From assembly GCA_036402395.1 (NCBI GenBank), contig DASWSZ010000133.1, forward strand, positions 1 through 44,065: a stretch of DNA of 44,065 bases, given 5' to 3'. Both the position numbers and the translations under genes were made by a program. The notes under the pieces are model-generated. The model was not told where the DNA came from. It made no database searches and saw only the letters and a program-made list of their open reading frames with translations. Positions 1 through 10,720 of this stretch are shown here, piece by piece (positions within the stretch are counted from its first letter, which is position 1; each line of letters opens with the position of its first letter). The stretch is from Methylophilus sp. GTDB taxonomy: Bacteria > Pseudomonadota > Gammaproteobacteria > Burkholderiales > Methylophilaceae.

Positions 1-1100
1 TGTAAAAACTCGGCTAATTTGGCCGATACTACCTCTGAAACCACAGGTTGCACTTCACTAGAGACCAATTTATCTTTGGTTTGCGAGGAGAATTTAGGGT
101 CTGGCACTTTCACCGATAGCACACAGGTAATGCCTTCACGCATGTCGTCACCAGTGGTTTCCACCTTGGCTTTTTTCGCCATTTCCGTTTGCTCAATATA
201 TTGGTTCAGCGTGCGCGTCATGGCTGTGCGTAAGCCCGTTAAATGCGTGCCACCATCGCGTTGCGGAATATTATTGGTAAAACATTGTACGGTTTCTGAG
301 TAGCTGTCGTTCCACTGCATGGCCACTTCTATGGTCATGCCGTCTTTTTCGCCGCTGGCGTAAAACGTTTTAGGATGCAACACGGTTTTGCTGCGATTAA
401 TGTATTCTACAAAGCCTTTAATGCCGCCCGCATGGGCAAAGTTTTCCGATTTGCCGGTGCGTTGGTCTATCAGCTCAATTTTGACGCCAAAATTTAAAAA
501 TGATAATTCGCGGATACGCTTGGCTAATATTTCAAAGTGATATTCCACCAAAATAAAGGTTTCGACTGAGGCCAAAAAGTGCACTTCTGTGCCTTTTTTC
601 TCAGTGGTGCCTGTTTCTATCAATGGTGACACCGGCACGCCACGCTTAAATTCCATTTGGTGTACTTTACCTTTGCGGTAAATTTTTAAGCGTAACCAAT
701 CCGATAGCGCATTAACCACAGACACGCCCACACCATGCAAGCCGCCTGACACTTTGTAGGAGTTTTGGTCAAATTTCCCGCCTGCATGCAACTCGGTCAT
801 CACGATTTCTGCGGCGGAGCGTTTAGGCTCGTGCTTATCATCTTCTTTGATGTCAGTAGGTATACCACGACCGTTATCCGACACGCTGATCGAGTTATCA
901 GGATGGATAATCACCTTAATGTCATCGCAATGCCCCGCCAGCGCCTCATCGATGGCGTTATCGAGTACTTCAAACACCATGTGGTGCAAACCGGAACCGT
1001 CAGACGTATCGCCTATGTACATGCCAGGACGCTTACGTACCGCGTCCAAACCTTCTAAAATTTTAATACTGTCTGAGTTGTACTCTGGTTGCTGTGACAT
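1..1100 (-). CDS. gyrB: DNA gyrase subunit B (N-terminal part; runs off the window start)
   Basis: Not in the ORF track. Manual translation from ATG at 1100 gives [32 protein letters not shown]...[15 protein letters not shown]...[30 protein letters not shown], the GHKL ATPase motifs of GyrB. Lies downstream of dnaN. Confidence 0.98.
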   Translation of the reverse strand, partial: MSQQPEYNSDSIKILEGLDAVRKRPGMYIGDTSDGSGLHHMVFEVLDNAIDEALAGHCDDIKVIIHPDNSISVSDNGRGIPTDIKEDDKHEPKRSAAEIVMTELHAGGKFDQNSYKVSGGLHGVGVSVVNALSDWLRLKIYRKGKVHQMEFKRGVPVSPLIETGTTEKKGTEVHFLASVETFILVEYHFEILAKRIRELSFLNFGVKIELIDQRTGKSENFAHAGGIKGFVEYINRSKTVLHPKTFYASGEKDGMTIEVAMQWNDSYSETVQCFTNNIPQRDGGTHLTGLRTAMTRTLNQYIEQTEMAKKAKVETTGDDMREGITCVLSVKVPDPKFSSQTKDKLVSSEVQPVVSEVVSAKLAEFL

Positions 1101-1144
1101 AACACCTTCTTTTTTATAATATTTTTTACTTAATAAGCTGTAGG

Positions 1145-2245
1145 TTAGATGCGCATAGGCATAACGACATATTTGTATTGCGCATCGTTGGCCGTTGTAA
1201 TTAAGCAACTACTGTTGGCATCAGCAAACGAGAATACCACTTCTTCATCACTTACATTATTCAATACATCAATCAGATAAGTGACATTAAAGCCTATGTC
1301 CAATGCATCTTTGCTGTAGTTAATTTCCAGCTCTTCTTCAGCTTCTTCTTGTTCAGTATTGGTGCTGATCAGCTTTAAGTTGTTATTGCTGAGTACCATG
1401 CGGATACCACGGTATTTCTCATTGGATAAAATTGATGCCCGTTGCATGGCGGTAAGTACCGCTAAGCGATTGACTGAAAAGGCATTTTGATGACCTTGTG
1501 GAATCACACGGTTGTAATCGGGAAACTTGCCATCTATCACTTTAGAAATCAGTTTAATTTCGCCAAAAGCAAAATTCACCTGCCCAGCCGCCAGCTCTAT
1601 GCTGACATCATCTTCGCTGTCATTAAGCAATTTAATCAGTTCCAATACCGTTTTTCGCGGCAAAATCACTTCGGTTTTTTCATAGCTTTGGTTTAGCGTG
1701 GTCGAAGTAAAGCTTAGGCGGTGGCCATCGGTACCGACGATATTGAGCTGTTCACCATTCACTTCTAACAATAAACCATTGAGGTAATAGCGTATATCTT
1801 GCTGTGCCATGGCAAATTCCACTTGCTTCAATAATTTTTTCAGTGCGATTTGACTGAGTTGGATGCTGATATGTTGACCACTGGCTTTGGTCATCACCGG
1901 ATAATCTGTGGCGGGGAGAGTTTGCAAATTAAATCGGCTTTTGCCTGCTTTTAATAAAATACGGCTGTCTTTGCTGCTCATGTCTATTTCAGCGGAATCT
2001 GGCAATGAACGGCAAATATCGAGTAATTTTTTGGCCGATATAGTAGTCGATAAATCACCGCTAAAGGCATTGTCGATGGTTAATGAAATCTGCATTTCTA
2101 AATCTGTGGCTGTGAGCTTAATTTGATTATCTTTGGCTTCTAGCAATAAATTAGAAAGAATAGGAAGTGTGTGACGTCTCTCTACAATGCCTGTGACATT
2201 GGTCAGCGGTTTCAGTAGCACTTCTCTGTTTATTTTGATTTGCAT
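1145..2245 (-). CDS. dnaN: DNA polymerase III beta sliding clamp
   Basis: 366 aa; [30 protein letters not shown] and C-terminal YVVMPMRI motifs; synteny with dnaA. Confidence 0.99.
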   Translation of the reverse strand: MQIKINREVLLKPLTNVTGIVERRHTLPILSNLLLEAKDNQIKLTATDLEMQISLTIDNAFSGDLSTTISAKKLLDICRSLPDSAEIDMSSKDSRILLKAGKSRFNLQTLPATDYPVMTKASGQHISIQLSQIALKKLLKQVEFAMAQQDIRYYLNGLLLEVNGEQLNIVGTDGHRLSFTSTTLNQSYEKTEVILPRKTVLELIKLLNDSEDDVSIELAAGQVNFAFGEIKLISKVIDGKFPDYNRVIPQGHQNAFSVNRLAVLTAMQRASILSNEKYRGIRMVLSNNNLKLISTNTEQEEAEEELEINYSKDALDIGFNVTYLIDVLNNVSDEEVVFSFADANSSCLITTANDAQYKYVVMPMRI

Positions 2246-2336
2246 AACATTGCCTAATTAGTAATTTAATATATAAATAAAATAATAGTAATAATAATAG
2301 AGCGTATTTCTGTTGATACTTAATATTATTATTTTA

Positions 2337-2349
2337 AATCAATCAGTTA
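2337..2349 (+). promoter_or_regulatory. IHF binding site
   Basis: AATCAA-TCAG-TTA matches WATCAANNNNTTR exactly and has an AT-rich tract on its 5' side, inside the putative origin. Confidence 0.65.
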
Positions 2350-2467
2350 ACCTTGTTGATAAGTGTTAACAACTTGCTATTTGTATTGTGCATAGATTGT
2401 GCATCATTTTCATCATTGCTGTTTGTACTGCTTTATTCGTAATTCGTTCACAACAAACCTTTGTAAG

Positions 2468-2476
2468 TTATCCACA
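2468..2476 (+). promoter_or_regulatory. DnaA box (perfect)
   Basis: TTATCCACA. Confidence 0.85.
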
Positions 2477-2489
2477 GGCTAATCATCAC

Positions 2490-3902
2490 TTAATCACGGA
2501 TGACTTGCGTTAAAAAACCGATATCACGCGCAATGGTTTGGTCATTTAAACGTAATTGCTCAATTTCTTCACAAGCATGCATTACCGTCGTATGGTGGCG
2601 GCTGCCAAACGCTTCACCAATTTCCGGAAAGCTATGATTGGTCAGCTCGCGCGCTAAACACATGGCAATTTGTCGCGGCCTGGCAAAATTACGCGTGCGT
2701 TTCTTGCTGTACATTTCACTGACTTTAATTTTGTAATAATCCGCCACCGTTTTTTGGATATTCTCTATGGTAATTTGGCGGCCACGCACCGCAATCAAAT
2801 CACGCAAAGCGTCTTTGGCTAAATGAATATCCATGGCATGCCCAGTAAAATTGGCCATGGCGATGATACGATTCAAGGCGCCTTCTAGCTCGCGCACATT
2901 AGAACGGATTTGTTTAGCTACAAAAAACGCCACATCTTCATCCAAATGAATATTAACGCTTTCCGCTTTTTTAAGCAAAATCGCCACGCGCATTTCTAGC
3001 TCTGGCGGCTCAATCGCCACGGTTAATCCCCAGCTAAAACGAGTACGTAAACGTTCATCCACATCAATAATTTCTTTGGGATAAGTATCACAGGTGATGA
3101 CGATTTGCTTTTTTTCTTCAATTAAGGTGTTAAAAGCGTAAAAAAACTCTTCTTGCGTACGCGTTTTTTTACCAAAAAACTGAATATCATCGATCAGTAG
3201 CAAGTCTAGAGAATGGTATTGCCGTTTAAAATCGTCAAACGCTTTATTCTCATAGGCTTTCACCACGTCCGAAACATAGCGCTCAGCATGCAGGTAACGA
3301 ATATTGGCTTCTGGCTTTTCTTTTTTGAGTTGATTGCCGATGGCTTGCAGCAAATGCGTTTTACCTAGCCCCACGCCACCATAAATAAACAACGGGTTAT
3401 AGGCTTTGCCTGGGTTATCGGCGACTTGAATAGCCGCTGCGCGGGCTAACTGATTGGCGCGACCAGTGACATAATTATCAAAATTAAACGATGGATTTAA
3501 GCCAGAACCGCGCTCACGCTCAACTATACGTCGATTTTGTGCAAGTTTAGTTTTGGCAGCTACAGAGTCCAGCAGTTGTTCAGGCACATTGCGTATACTG
3601 ACATGACTACTGGCTGCTTGTTGAGAAGGCGCGCTATTCGCTTCCATTTTTTTGACCGGGCTTACCGCATGGTGGATGCCCAATTCGATTAAAAAGGCAT
3701 CAGGCAATATTTCATCGGCAATACCATGAATTTTGGATAAAAACTTGTCTTTAATCCACAGTTGTACAAAGCGATTAGGCGCCAGCAGGCGTATGGTGTT
3801 GGATTGAATTTCAACTTTAAGCGGTTTAATCCACGTGTTAAATTGTTGCGGCGAGAGTTCTTTCTCTAGCCTTAACAAACAAGTTGACCAAAAGTGTTCC
3901 AT
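2490..3902 (-). CDS. dnaA: Chromosomal replication initiator DnaA
   Basis: 470 aa; YNPLFIYGGVGLGKTHL Walker A, LLLIDDIQF Walker B, and domain IV RPRQIAM...HTTVMHA. Confidence 0.99.
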   Translation of the reverse strand: MEHFWSTCLLRLEKELSPQQFNTWIKPLKVEIQSNTIRLLAPNRFVQLWIKDKFLSKIHGIADEILPDAFLIELGIHHAVSPVKKMEANSAPSQQAASSHVSIRNVPEQLLDSVAAKTKLAQNRRIVERERGSGLNPSFNFDNYVTGRANQLARAAAIQVADNPGKAYNPLFIYGGVGLGKTHLLQAIGNQLKKEKPEANIRYLHAERYVSDVVKAYENKAFDDFKRQYHSLDLLLIDDIQFFGKKTRTQEEFFYAFNTLIEEKKQIVITCDTYPKEIIDVDERLRTRFSWGLTVAIEPPELEMRVAILLKKAESVNIHLDEDVAFFVAKQIRSNVRELEGALNRIIAMANFTGHAMDIHLAKDALRDLIAVRGRQITIENIQKTVADYYKIKVSEMYSKKRTRNFARPRQIAMCLARELTNHSFPEIGEAFGSRHHTTVMHACEEIEQLRLNDQTIARDIGFLTQVIRD

Positions 3903-4050
3903 CAGCGCCCAAATAATTAGAAAAACGAGTTAATTCAGCAAGGTAGGCTTTAATCCGCGATTAAATTTACCTAGGTTATTGATTTTAATATATTTTTATT
4001 TTAATACTGGAATCCGCCCAGTGCTGCAATTCTAACGTGTTTAGGCCGAC

Positions 4051-4059
4051 TTATCCACA
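4051..4059 (+). promoter_or_regulatory. DnaA box in dnaA/rpmH promoter region (autoregulation or second origin part)
   Basis: Perfect TTATCCACA about 150 bp upstream of the dnaA start. Confidence 0.8.
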
Positions 4060-4113
4060 GACAATTTTAGATAATCGCTAAAAAAGACATTTAAGAAGCT
4101 GCGCATAAAAGCA

Positions 4114-4143
4114 TTGACAGCACTATGCAAAATGATGTCTAAT
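4114..4143 (+). promoter_or_regulatory. Putative sigma70 promoter of the rpmH operon
   Basis: TTGACA (4114-4119), 18 nt spacer, TCTAAT (4138-4143). Confidence 0.5.
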
Positions 4144-4196
4144 AATGGGCTTTGCAAAACACGTAAAACAATTGCCTTACAGGCTTGGAGAATTCA

Positions 4197-4331
4197 ATGA
4201 AACGTACCTATCAACCATCCAAAACACGTCGTGCCCGTACCCATGGCTTTTTAGTGCGTATGAAAACTAAAGGTGGTCGCGCAGTGATTGCAGCCCGTCG
4301 TGCCAAAGGTCGTAAACGTCTAGGTCTGTAA
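4197..4331 (+). CDS. rpmH: 50S ribosomal protein L34
   Basis: Below the ORF-track cutoff. Manual translation [44 protein letters not shown] (44 aa); GGAG Shine-Dalgarno upstream. Confidence 0.98.
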   Translation: MKRTYQPSKTRRARTHGFLVRMKTKGGRAVIAARRAKGRKRLGL

Positions 4332-4374
4332 TTCTAGGTTTATCATCGATATTGCTGCAGACGCTGTTAAGCTA

Positions 4375-4806
4375 ATGCACACATTGGTAATGCTCAAAAA
4401 AACGGATGAATTTTCATCCGTTTTTAGTTTCAGAAAACGCTTTTCATCGTCCTTTTTTGTAGTACATTACAAACCAAGCCAAACGCAACAAACGCGTGTG
4501 GGGTTTGTGGTAGCAAAAAAAGTGGCTAAGTTGGCGGTTGATCGCAATTATATGCGACGCGTATTAAGAGAGTTTTGTCGGCATGAGCTGACAGACCAGC
4601 TGGCGGCAGATACGATTATTCAAGTGCAAAAGAAATTCAAAAACAAAGATTATTTGCTTATTAAACAAGAGCTTAACTACGTATTTAAGCGTATAGAAAG
4701 CAAGTTAACAGCACTACACAGTGAGCATCAAGTGGCCAGTGAGCGTCAAGTGGCTGAATTAGGCCACATTGAAGCAAGCCAACTTCAATCAAGTCGAAAC
4801 GAATAA
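4375..4806 (+). CDS. rnpA: Ribonuclease P protein component
   Basis: LKKTDEFSSVF, RVGFVVAKK and AVDRNYMRR (RNR motif); position after rpmH. Start codon uncertain. Confidence 0.93.
   Translation: MHTLVMLKKTDEFSSVFSFRKRFSSSFFVVHYKPSQTQQTRVGFVVAKKVAKLAVDRNYMRRVLREFCRHELTDQLAADTIIQVQKKFKNKDYLLIKQELNYVFKRIESKLTALHSEHQVASERQVAELGHIEASQLQSSRNE
4720..4755 (+). repeat. 18-bp in-frame tandem duplication in the rnpA 3' end
   Basis: AGTGAGCATCAAGTGGCC / AGTGAGCGTCAAGTGGCT, encoding SEHQVA SERQVA. Confidence 0.8.
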
Positions 4807-4881
4807 TACAAGGTGATATGTTGAATAGCCCTTCTAGTGCGTTAGACCTAATATTGCAAAGCAGTGAGTGCTGTGTAACGT

Positions 4882-5091
4882 ATGCGTAAGGTAGCCATTA
4901 TGCTGATTAAACTCTACCAATGGCTGATCAGTCCTTATATTGGTAATCACTGTAGATTTACGCCTACTTGTTCACATTTTGCCATTGAAGCATTTAATCG
5001 ATATGGCGTGTTCAAAGGTTTTAGTCTCACCGCGCAGCGCATTGCACGGTGCCATCCTTGGCATGATGGCGGCCATGATCCTGTGCCTTAA
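4882..5091 (+). CDS. yidD: Membrane protein insertion efficiency factor YidD
   Basis: CRFTPTCS...[17 protein letters not shown] signature; between rnpA and yidC. Confidence 0.95.
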   Translation: MRKVAIMLIKLYQWLISPYIGNHCRFTPTCSHFAIEAFNRYGVFKGFSLTAQRIARCHPWHDGGHDPVP

Positions 5092-5132
5092 AGCATTAGA
5101 ATTTTAACGATTATTTCATTTAAAAGAGTGTT

Positions 5133-6773
5133 ATGGATACCCGACGTATAGTGTTGTTTGTCATTTTCTCGTTTTCTATCATGATGTTATGGGATGCATG
5201 GCAACGTAAAGATGCGCCTTTAGAGGCGCCGACCACGCAAACGGCTACCACGACAGCCAGTAGCAACACAGGCGCTGTGGCTACTGGTTTGCCAGCAGCT
5301 GGTGTTGATGACGGTGCTTTTAAGTTAGAAAAAGGGCAACGCATCCAAGTCAATACAGATTTATTTCAAGCAGAAATTGATAGCAACGGTGGCGATTTAC
5401 GTCGTTTAACTTTATTAAAGCATCGTGCTGACGACGAAAAAGAAGGCAATTTTGTGCTGATGGGCGATGCCGCAGACCCATTATTTTATGTGGCGCAAAC
5501 CGGTTTGAAAGGTCAGGACTTACCTACCCATCGTGCCCAGTTCACCAGTGCTAGCAGCAGCTATAGCATGTCTGCGGGTATCAATACTTTAGAAGTGCGT
5601 TTAAGTGCGCCTACCAGCAATAATATTGCGGTAGATAAAATCTATACCTTTCACCGCAATAGTTATGTGATTGATGTGACCTACGAAATTCGTAATAACT
5701 CAGCCACTGCCATTACGCCGTCTGTGTACTATCAAATCATTCATGATAACGAATCTAACCAAGGTTCTGCCATGATGCCAACCTTTACCGGTGGTGCTTA
5801 TTACAATGAAGCCAATAAATTCAAAAAAGTCACCTTTGGCGATATGGACGATGCCGATTTATCTGTGAAGTCTAAAGATGGTTGGGTCGGTTTGGTGCAA
5901 CATTATTTTGTCGGTGCTTGGATTCCACAAGCTGGCTTAGAGCGTAAGTTTTATACCGCTAAACTCACCGATAAGTTTTATTCGATAGGCAGTATGAGTC
6001 AGTTGAATACCATTGCTGCTGGCGCATCCGCGACCATTCCAGCACGTTTGTTTGCCGGTCCACAAACGCAAAAAATATTAGAAACCACCGCACCTGGTTT
6101 GGAGTATGTGGTGGATTACGGTATTTTAACGATTATTGCCAAACCGTTATTCTGGCTGTTGTCTAAGATATATGACTTGGTGCATAACTGGGGCATTGCC
6201 ATTATCTTGCTCACCGTGATTATCAAAGCAGCTTTCTTTAAACTTTCTGCCTCTAGCTACAAGAGCATGGCGCAAATGCGCGAGCTAGCCCCACGCTTGC
6301 AAGCCATGAAAGAAAAGTTTGGCGATGATAAGCAAAAAATGCAGCAAGCCATGCTGGAAATGTACCGTACCGAAAAGATCAATCCTATGGGCGGTTGCTT
6401 GCCTATCTTGGTACAAATCCCAGTGTTTATCTCACTGTATTGGGTGTTGTTAGGGTCGGTAGAATTGCGTCATGCGCCGTTCTTTGGCTGGATTACCGAT
6501 TTATCTGCCATAGACCCGTGGTATATTTTGCCGCTGTTAATGGGCGCCACCATGATTATTCAAACTTATTTGAATCCAGCGCCAACTGACCCGATACAAG
6601 CCAAAGTCATGAAGATTATGCCTGTGGTATTCAGCGTGTTCTTCTTTTTCTTCCCGGCTGGTTTGGTGTTGTATTGGTTGGTCAACAACGTACTTTCGAT
6701 TTGGCAACAATGGTTTATTAACAAGCAAATCCATGCCGAAGCTTTAGCTAAAAAAGGTAATGCAAAAAAGTAA
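5133..6773 (+). CDS. yidC: Membrane protein insertase YidC
   Basis: 546 aa; N-terminal [29 protein letters not shown] and GLVLYW motifs. Confidence 0.98.
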   Translation: MDTRRIVLFVIFSFSIMMLWDAWQRKDAPLEAPTTQTATTTASSNTGAVATGLPAAGVDDGAFKLEKGQRIQVNTDLFQAEIDSNGGDLRRLTLLKHRADDEKEGNFVLMGDAADPLFYVAQTGLKGQDLPTHRAQFTSASSSYSMSAGINTLEVRLSAPTSNNIAVDKIYTFHRNSYVIDVTYEIRNNSATAITPSVYYQIIHDNESNQGSAMMPTFTGGAYYNEANKFKKVTFGDMDDADLSVKSKDGWVGLVQHYFVGAWIPQAGLERKFYTAKLTDKFYSIGSMSQLNTIAAGASATIPARLFAGPQTQKILETTAPGLEYVVDYGILTIIAKPLFWLLSKIYDLVHNWGIAIILLTVIIKAAFFKLSASSYKSMAQMRELAPRLQAMKEKFGDDKQKMQQAMLEMYRTEKINPMGGCLPILVQIPVFISLYWVLLGSVELRHAPFFGWITDLSAIDPWYILPLLMGATMIIQTYLNPAPTDPIQAKVMKIMPVVFSVFFFFFPAGLVLYWLVNNVLSIWQQWFINKQIHAEALAKKGNAKK

Positions 6774-8106
6774 TGTAGAAACGATTGCCGCCATTGCCAC
6801 CGCCAGTGGGGCTGGCGGCATAGGCATCGTGCGTATTTCCGGGCCACTTAGCCAGCACATCGCAAGTGCAATTTTGGGCGTGTGCCCTCCCCCTCGTCAC
6901 GCTGCTTACCTCGATTTTAAAGACGACCATGGCGATTTAATCGACCGTGGCATCGCCATTTTTTACCCCAATCCACATTCCTATACTGGTGAAGACGTAC
7001 TAGAGTTACAAGGCCATGGCGGTACTGCCTTAATGCAGATTTTACTGGCGCGTTGTATTGCGTTGGGTGCGCGTCAGGCCCAGCCGGGTGAGTTTACGCG
7101 ACGTGCATATTTAAACGATAAGCTAGATTTGGCTCAAGCCGAAGCAGTGGCGGATGTCATTAATGCTTCTACTACCGAGGCAGCTAAAAGCGCCATGCGC
7201 TCACTCTCTGGAGAGTTTTCTCAGTCTATACAAAGTTTATTGCAGCAACTCATCGAGTTGCGTATGTATGTCGAGGCTTGTTTGGACTTTCCTGAGGAAG
7301 ACATCGACTTTATCACGCAAGGCCGCGTGGCAGAAAAAATCGCCATCAACCAACAGGCGCTGGCCACCATTTTTGGCAAAGCCAAACAAGGTGCGTTATT
7401 ACGTGATGGCATCCATGTGGTGTTGATTGGTCAGCCTAATGTTGGCAAATCTAGTTTGATGAATGCGCTGGCCGGCGAAGAGGTGGCGATTGTGACGCCG
7501 ATTGCCGGCACCACACGCGACACCATTAAAAGCGCCATTCAAATCAACGGGGTGCCTTTGCATATTATTGATACCGCAGGCTTGCGCGATACTGAGGATG
7601 AGGTAGAAAAATTTGGCATTGCCCGAACATGGCGAGCCACAGAAACGGCCAATATCGCATTATTAATGGTGGATTCAGCCCATGGCATTACTGAACAAGA
7701 AAAATCGATTTTAGCTAGGCTGCCGCAAGAAATCGCTAAAATATGGGTGCATAATAAAATTGATCTTTCGCAAGAAGCGCCTGCAATGCAAGAAATTCAT
7801 GGTGATGCCCATATTTACTTATCGGCCAAAAGTGGACAAGGTTTGGATTTATTAAAAGCGCAGTTATTACAATTTGCTGGTTATCAGGTGGGAAATGAGG
7901 GTGTGTTTATGGCAAGAGCGCGCCACTTGCAAGCGTTGGAAGTGGTGCGACAAAATTTGCACACAGCCGCCTTGCAAATCAACTCAGCCGAGCTACTGGC
8001 TGAAGAGTTGCGCTTGGCACAAGAGGCCTTGAGTTCGATTACCGGTGAATTTACGCCGGATGATTTGCTGGGTGAGATATTCAGTAAGTTTTGTATAGGC
8101 AAATAA
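6760..8106 (+). CDS. mnmE: tRNA modification GTPase MnmE (TrmE)
   Basis: [30 protein letters not shown] and C-terminal FCIGK. Confidence 0.98.
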   Translation: MQKSNVETIAAIATASGAGGIGIVRISGPLSQHIASAILGVCPPPRHAAYLDFKDDHGDLIDRGIAIFYPNPHSYTGEDVLELQGHGGTALMQILLARCIALGARQAQPGEFTRRAYLNDKLDLAQAEAVADVINASTTEAAKSAMRSLSGEFSQSIQSLLQQLIELRMYVEACLDFPEEDIDFITQGRVAEKIAINQQALATIFGKAKQGALLRDGIHVVLIGQPNVGKSSLMNALAGEEVAIVTPIAGTTRDTIKSAIQINGVPLHIIDTAGLRDTEDEVEKFGIARTWRATETANIALLMVDSAHGITEQEKSILARLPQEIAKIWVHNKIDLSQEAPAMQEIHGDAHIYLSAKSGQGLDLLKAQLLQFAGYQVGNEGVFMARARHLQALEVVRQNLHTAALQINSAELLAEELRLAQEALSSITGEFTPDDLLGEIFSKFCIGK

Positions 8107-8107
8107 A

Positions 8108-8130
8108 AAGACCATCATGTAGATGGTCTT
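8108..8130. terminator. Hairpin between convergent mnmE and DUF2853-like gene (probable terminator)
   Basis: AAGACCATC-ATGTA-GATGGTCTT; the A-run on its 5' side gives a U-tract on the minus strand. Confidence 0.6.
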
Positions 8131-8131
8131 A

Positions 8132-8169
8132 TATTTATGCGCTTGTATTGTATTTATGCGCTTGTATTG
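8132..8169 (+). repeat. Perfect 19-bp tandem duplication
   Basis: TATTTATGCGCTTGTATTG twice (8132-8150, 8151-8169). Confidence 0.9.
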
Positions 8170-8176
8170 CAACAAC

Positions 8177-8506
8177 TTATTTAATGAATAAGTCTAGTTT
8201 GTTAAATTTTTCAGCCAGTAAATAATAATAAGCCAAGCGAGATTTTAAGCGCTCTTCTTTCATCACTTCGCCCACTGCCACCACTGCTGCATCTAACGTG
8301 GCATCCGCGTCAGTCAAACCCAGTTTTTTCTTTAAAAAGTTTTCACGTACGGTGACGCGCTCTGATTCGTCACTCGCAGCGACATATTGTGAGTCATTGT
8401 TAGACAGCACTAACGCATAATTTTTTGCTAAGCCATCTAGCGCTGCTGTGTTTACACTTTTTGCATATTTGGTCACAAAATCTTTATGCGCTTGAATATC
8501 TGCCAT
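8177..8506 (-). CDS. DUF2853-family protein (about 109 aa)
   Basis: Probable start ATG at 8506 with GAGGAG Shine-Dalgarno. The motifs SDESERVTVRENFLKKKLGL and RLAYYYLLA resemble DUF2853 as recalled; not HMM-checked. Confidence 0.75.
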   Translation of the reverse strand: MADIQAHKDFVTKYAKSVNTAALDGLAKNYALVLSNNDSQYVAASDESERVTVRENFLKKKLGLTDADATLDAAVVAVGEVMKEERLKSRLAYYYLLAEKFNKLDLFIK

Positions 8507-8698
8507 CTCAAATCTCCTCAGTACATTGAAAAATATTAAATTTTTACCCTTTAAACACAAGGGGGTCGTCACTTAAGCCTAATTCATGCTGCATCATTAA
8601 TAATAGAGCGAGAAAGGCTATCTGCCGTATTACCGCCACTACTATAGGCGCAAACGCTGTTGCTCGTCAATAGCCCAATATGTAAACAATGATGGCTA

Positions 8699-8714
8699 TG
8701 TTTCACGTGAAACA
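8699..8714. promoter_or_regulatory. parS: parS centromere-like site 1
   Basis: Perfect palindrome TGTTTCACGTGAAACA (canonical chromosomal parS) upstream of mnmG-rsmG-parAB. Confidence 0.92.
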
Positions 8715-8724
8715 TGATAAATAA

Positions 8725-8754
8725 GTGACACAGCTTAGCCATTTGCGTTAGAAT
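8725..8754 (+). promoter_or_regulatory. Putative sigma70 promoter of mnmG operon
   Basis: GTGACA, 18 nt spacer, TAGAAT; 10 bp downstream of parS1. Confidence 0.4.
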
Positions 8755-8791
8755 TCAACCTTTGATTAATAAGCAAATTTTGACATTGACC

Positions 8792-10720
8792 ATGGAATTT
8801 CCGGATAAATTTGATGTAATTGTAGTAGGTGGCGGCCACGCTGGTACCGAAGCAGCCTTGGCGGCCGCGCGGATGGGGCAAAAAACGCTGTTACTGACGC
8901 ATAACATCGAGACTTTAGGCCAAATGTCGTGCAACCCAAGCATAGGTGGCATAGGCAAAGGTCATCTGGTGAAAGAGGTGGATGCCTTGGGTGGCGCCAT
9001 GGCGACCGCAACAGATGAAGGCGGTATCCAATTTCGTATCCTTAATTCTAGTAAAGGCCCGGCGGTTAGGGCTACTCGTGCGCAGGCTGACCGGATTTTG
9101 TACAAAGCCGCGATTCGCAGGATGTTGGAAAATCAGCCCAATTTATGGCTATTTCAGCAGGCGGTGGATGACATTATATTGGAGGGCGACCAAGCGGTAG
9201 GCGTGGTGACGCAAATCGGTTTGCGCTTTAAATCAAAAAGTGTGGTGCTGACTGCAGGTACATTCTTGGGTGGTTTGGTGCATGTCGGACTACAACATTA
9301 CAGTGCGGGCCGGGCGGGCGATCCCCCTGCAATCTCGTTGGCGGCGCGTCTGCGCGAAATTGGTTTGCCAGCCGGTAGGTTAAAAACAGGCACGCCACCG
9401 CGTATTGATGGTCGCACGATTGATTACAGTGTGATGCTAGAACAGCCGGGAGACAATCCTGCACCAGTCTTCTCGTTTATGGGCAACTTAGCGCAGCATC
9501 CGCAACAGGTGCCGTGCTGGATCACTCATACCAATGAACACACGCATAACATTATCCGCAGCGGCTTAGATCGCTCTCCTATGTACACCGGCGTAATTGA
9601 GGGTGTCGGACCGCGCTATTGTCCAAGTGTGGAAGACAAAATCCATCGCTTTGCCGATAAAGAATCACATCAAATTTTTCTAGAGCCGGAAGGCCTGAAT
9701 ACCAATGAGATTTACCCGAATGGCATTTCAACTAGCCTGCCATTTGATATTCAGCTGGCTTTGGTGCGCTCCATTAAAGGCTTGGAAAATGCACATATCT
9801 TGCGCCCAGGTTATGCCATTGAATATGATTACTATGACCCGCGCGCACTCAAAAGCTCATTAGAAACCAAAGCAGTGAAAGGTTTGTTCTTTGCTGGGCA
9901 AATCAACGGCACCACTGGTTACGAAGAAGCGGCGGCACAGGGTTTGTTGGCGGGCGCCAATGCTGCTTTGTATGCGCAAGAAAAAGACAGTTGGTGCCCT
10001 GCGCGCGATGAGGCATATTTAGGTGTGCTGGTCGATGATTTAATCACCACAGGTGTGACTGAGCCGTATCGCATGTTTACTAGTCGCGCGGAATATAGGT
10101 TGCAATTGCGCGAAGACAACGCTGACATGCGTTTGACCGAAATCGGCCGTAAATTAGGCTTGGTGGATGACGCGCGTTGGGAAGCATTTAGCCGTAAACA
10201 AGATGCAGTAGCCCGCGAGCAAGCGCGCTTAAAACGCACGTTTGTGCAGCTGGCAAGCAACGATGTTTCACGTGAAACACAAGAAGCAGTGTTGGGCAAA
10301 GCGCTGGAGCACGAATATAGTTTGTTCGAGTTGCTACGCAGGCCAGAAGTCAGTTATGACGACATGCTTAAGCTAAGTGAATCAGGTTTAGGCGAGATTG
10401 GTTTGGGTGAAGTGGACCCAGCCGTACGCGAACAAGTAGAAATTGCCGCCAAATACCAAGGTTATATAGATCGCCAAAAAGATGAGATTGCCAAGCAAAA
10501 AGGCAGCGAGCATACCAAGCTGGGCGATGCGATTGATTATGCTGATGTGCATGGATTAAGTATAGAGGCGCGCCAGAAGTTGCTTGCGCACAAGCCAGAA
10601 ACCATAGGCCAAGCTGGGCGTATTTCAGGCATTACCCCTGCCACCATCTCGCTGTTGCTGGTGTATTTAAAACGCAAACACAAAAAACAAGCCCATCAAA
10701 GCAATATAGAAGCGGCATGA
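8792..10720 (+). CDS. mnmG: tRNA uridine 5-carboxymethylaminomethyl modification enzyme MnmG (GidA)
   Basis: VGGGHAG FAD motif, [35 protein letters not shown] at 8792 preferred over TTG at 8762. Confidence 0.98.
   Translation: MEFPDKFDVIVVGGGHAGTEAALAAARMGQKTLLLTHNIETLGQMSCNPSIGGIGKGHLVKEVDALGGAMATATDEGGIQFRILNSSKGPAVRATRAQADRILYKAAIRRMLENQPNLWLFQQAVDDIILEGDQAVGVVTQIGLRFKSKSVVLTAGTFLGGLVHVGLQHYSAGRAGDPPAISLAARLREIGLPAGRLKTGTPPRIDGRTIDYSVMLEQPGDNPAPVFSFMGNLAQHPQQVPCWITHTNEHTHNIIRSGLDRSPMYTGVIEGVGPRYCPSVEDKIHRFADKESHQIFLEPEGLNTNEIYPNGISTSLPFDIQLALVRSIKGLENAHILRPGYAIEYDYYDPRALKSSLETKAVKGLFFAGQINGTTGYEEAAAQGLLAGANAALYAQEKDSWCPARDEAYLGVLVDDLITTGVTEPYRMFTSRAEYRLQLREDNADMRLTEIGRKLGLVDDARWEAFSRKQDAVAREQARLKRTFVQLASNDVSRETQEAVLGKALEHEYSLFELLRRPEVSYDDMLKLSESGLGEIGLGEVDPAVREQVEIAAKYQGYIDRQKDEIAKQKGSEHTKLGDAIDYADVHGLSIEARQKLLAHKPETIGQAGRISGITPATISLLLVYLKRKHKKQAHQSNIEAA
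10264..10279. promoter_or_regulatory. parS: parS site 2 (inside mnmG coding sequence)
   Basis: Second perfect TGTTTCACGTGAAACA, encoding D-V-S-R-E-T in frame. Confidence 0.88.

Larger units (their letters stand above)
2250..2489. other. oriC: Putative oriC (dnaA-dnaN intergenic): AT-rich tract, DnaA-trios, DnaA boxes, IHF site
   Basis: TAA TAG TAA TAA TAA TAG at 2283-2300; perfect TTATCCACA at 2468-2476; near-consensus boxes at 2311-2319, 2354-2362, 2387-2395 and 2398-2406; very AT-rich 2255-2340. Confidence 0.8.

Noticed and set aside
19-1119. Plus-strand ORFs 19-303, 765-1058 and 847-1119, and the many similar short ORFs overlapping core genes
   Set aside because: Antisense or alternate-frame shadows of gyrB and other conserved genes, with no recognisable motifs.
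8132-8169. CRISPR array
   Set aside because: Two adjacent repeats with no spacer and no cas genes.
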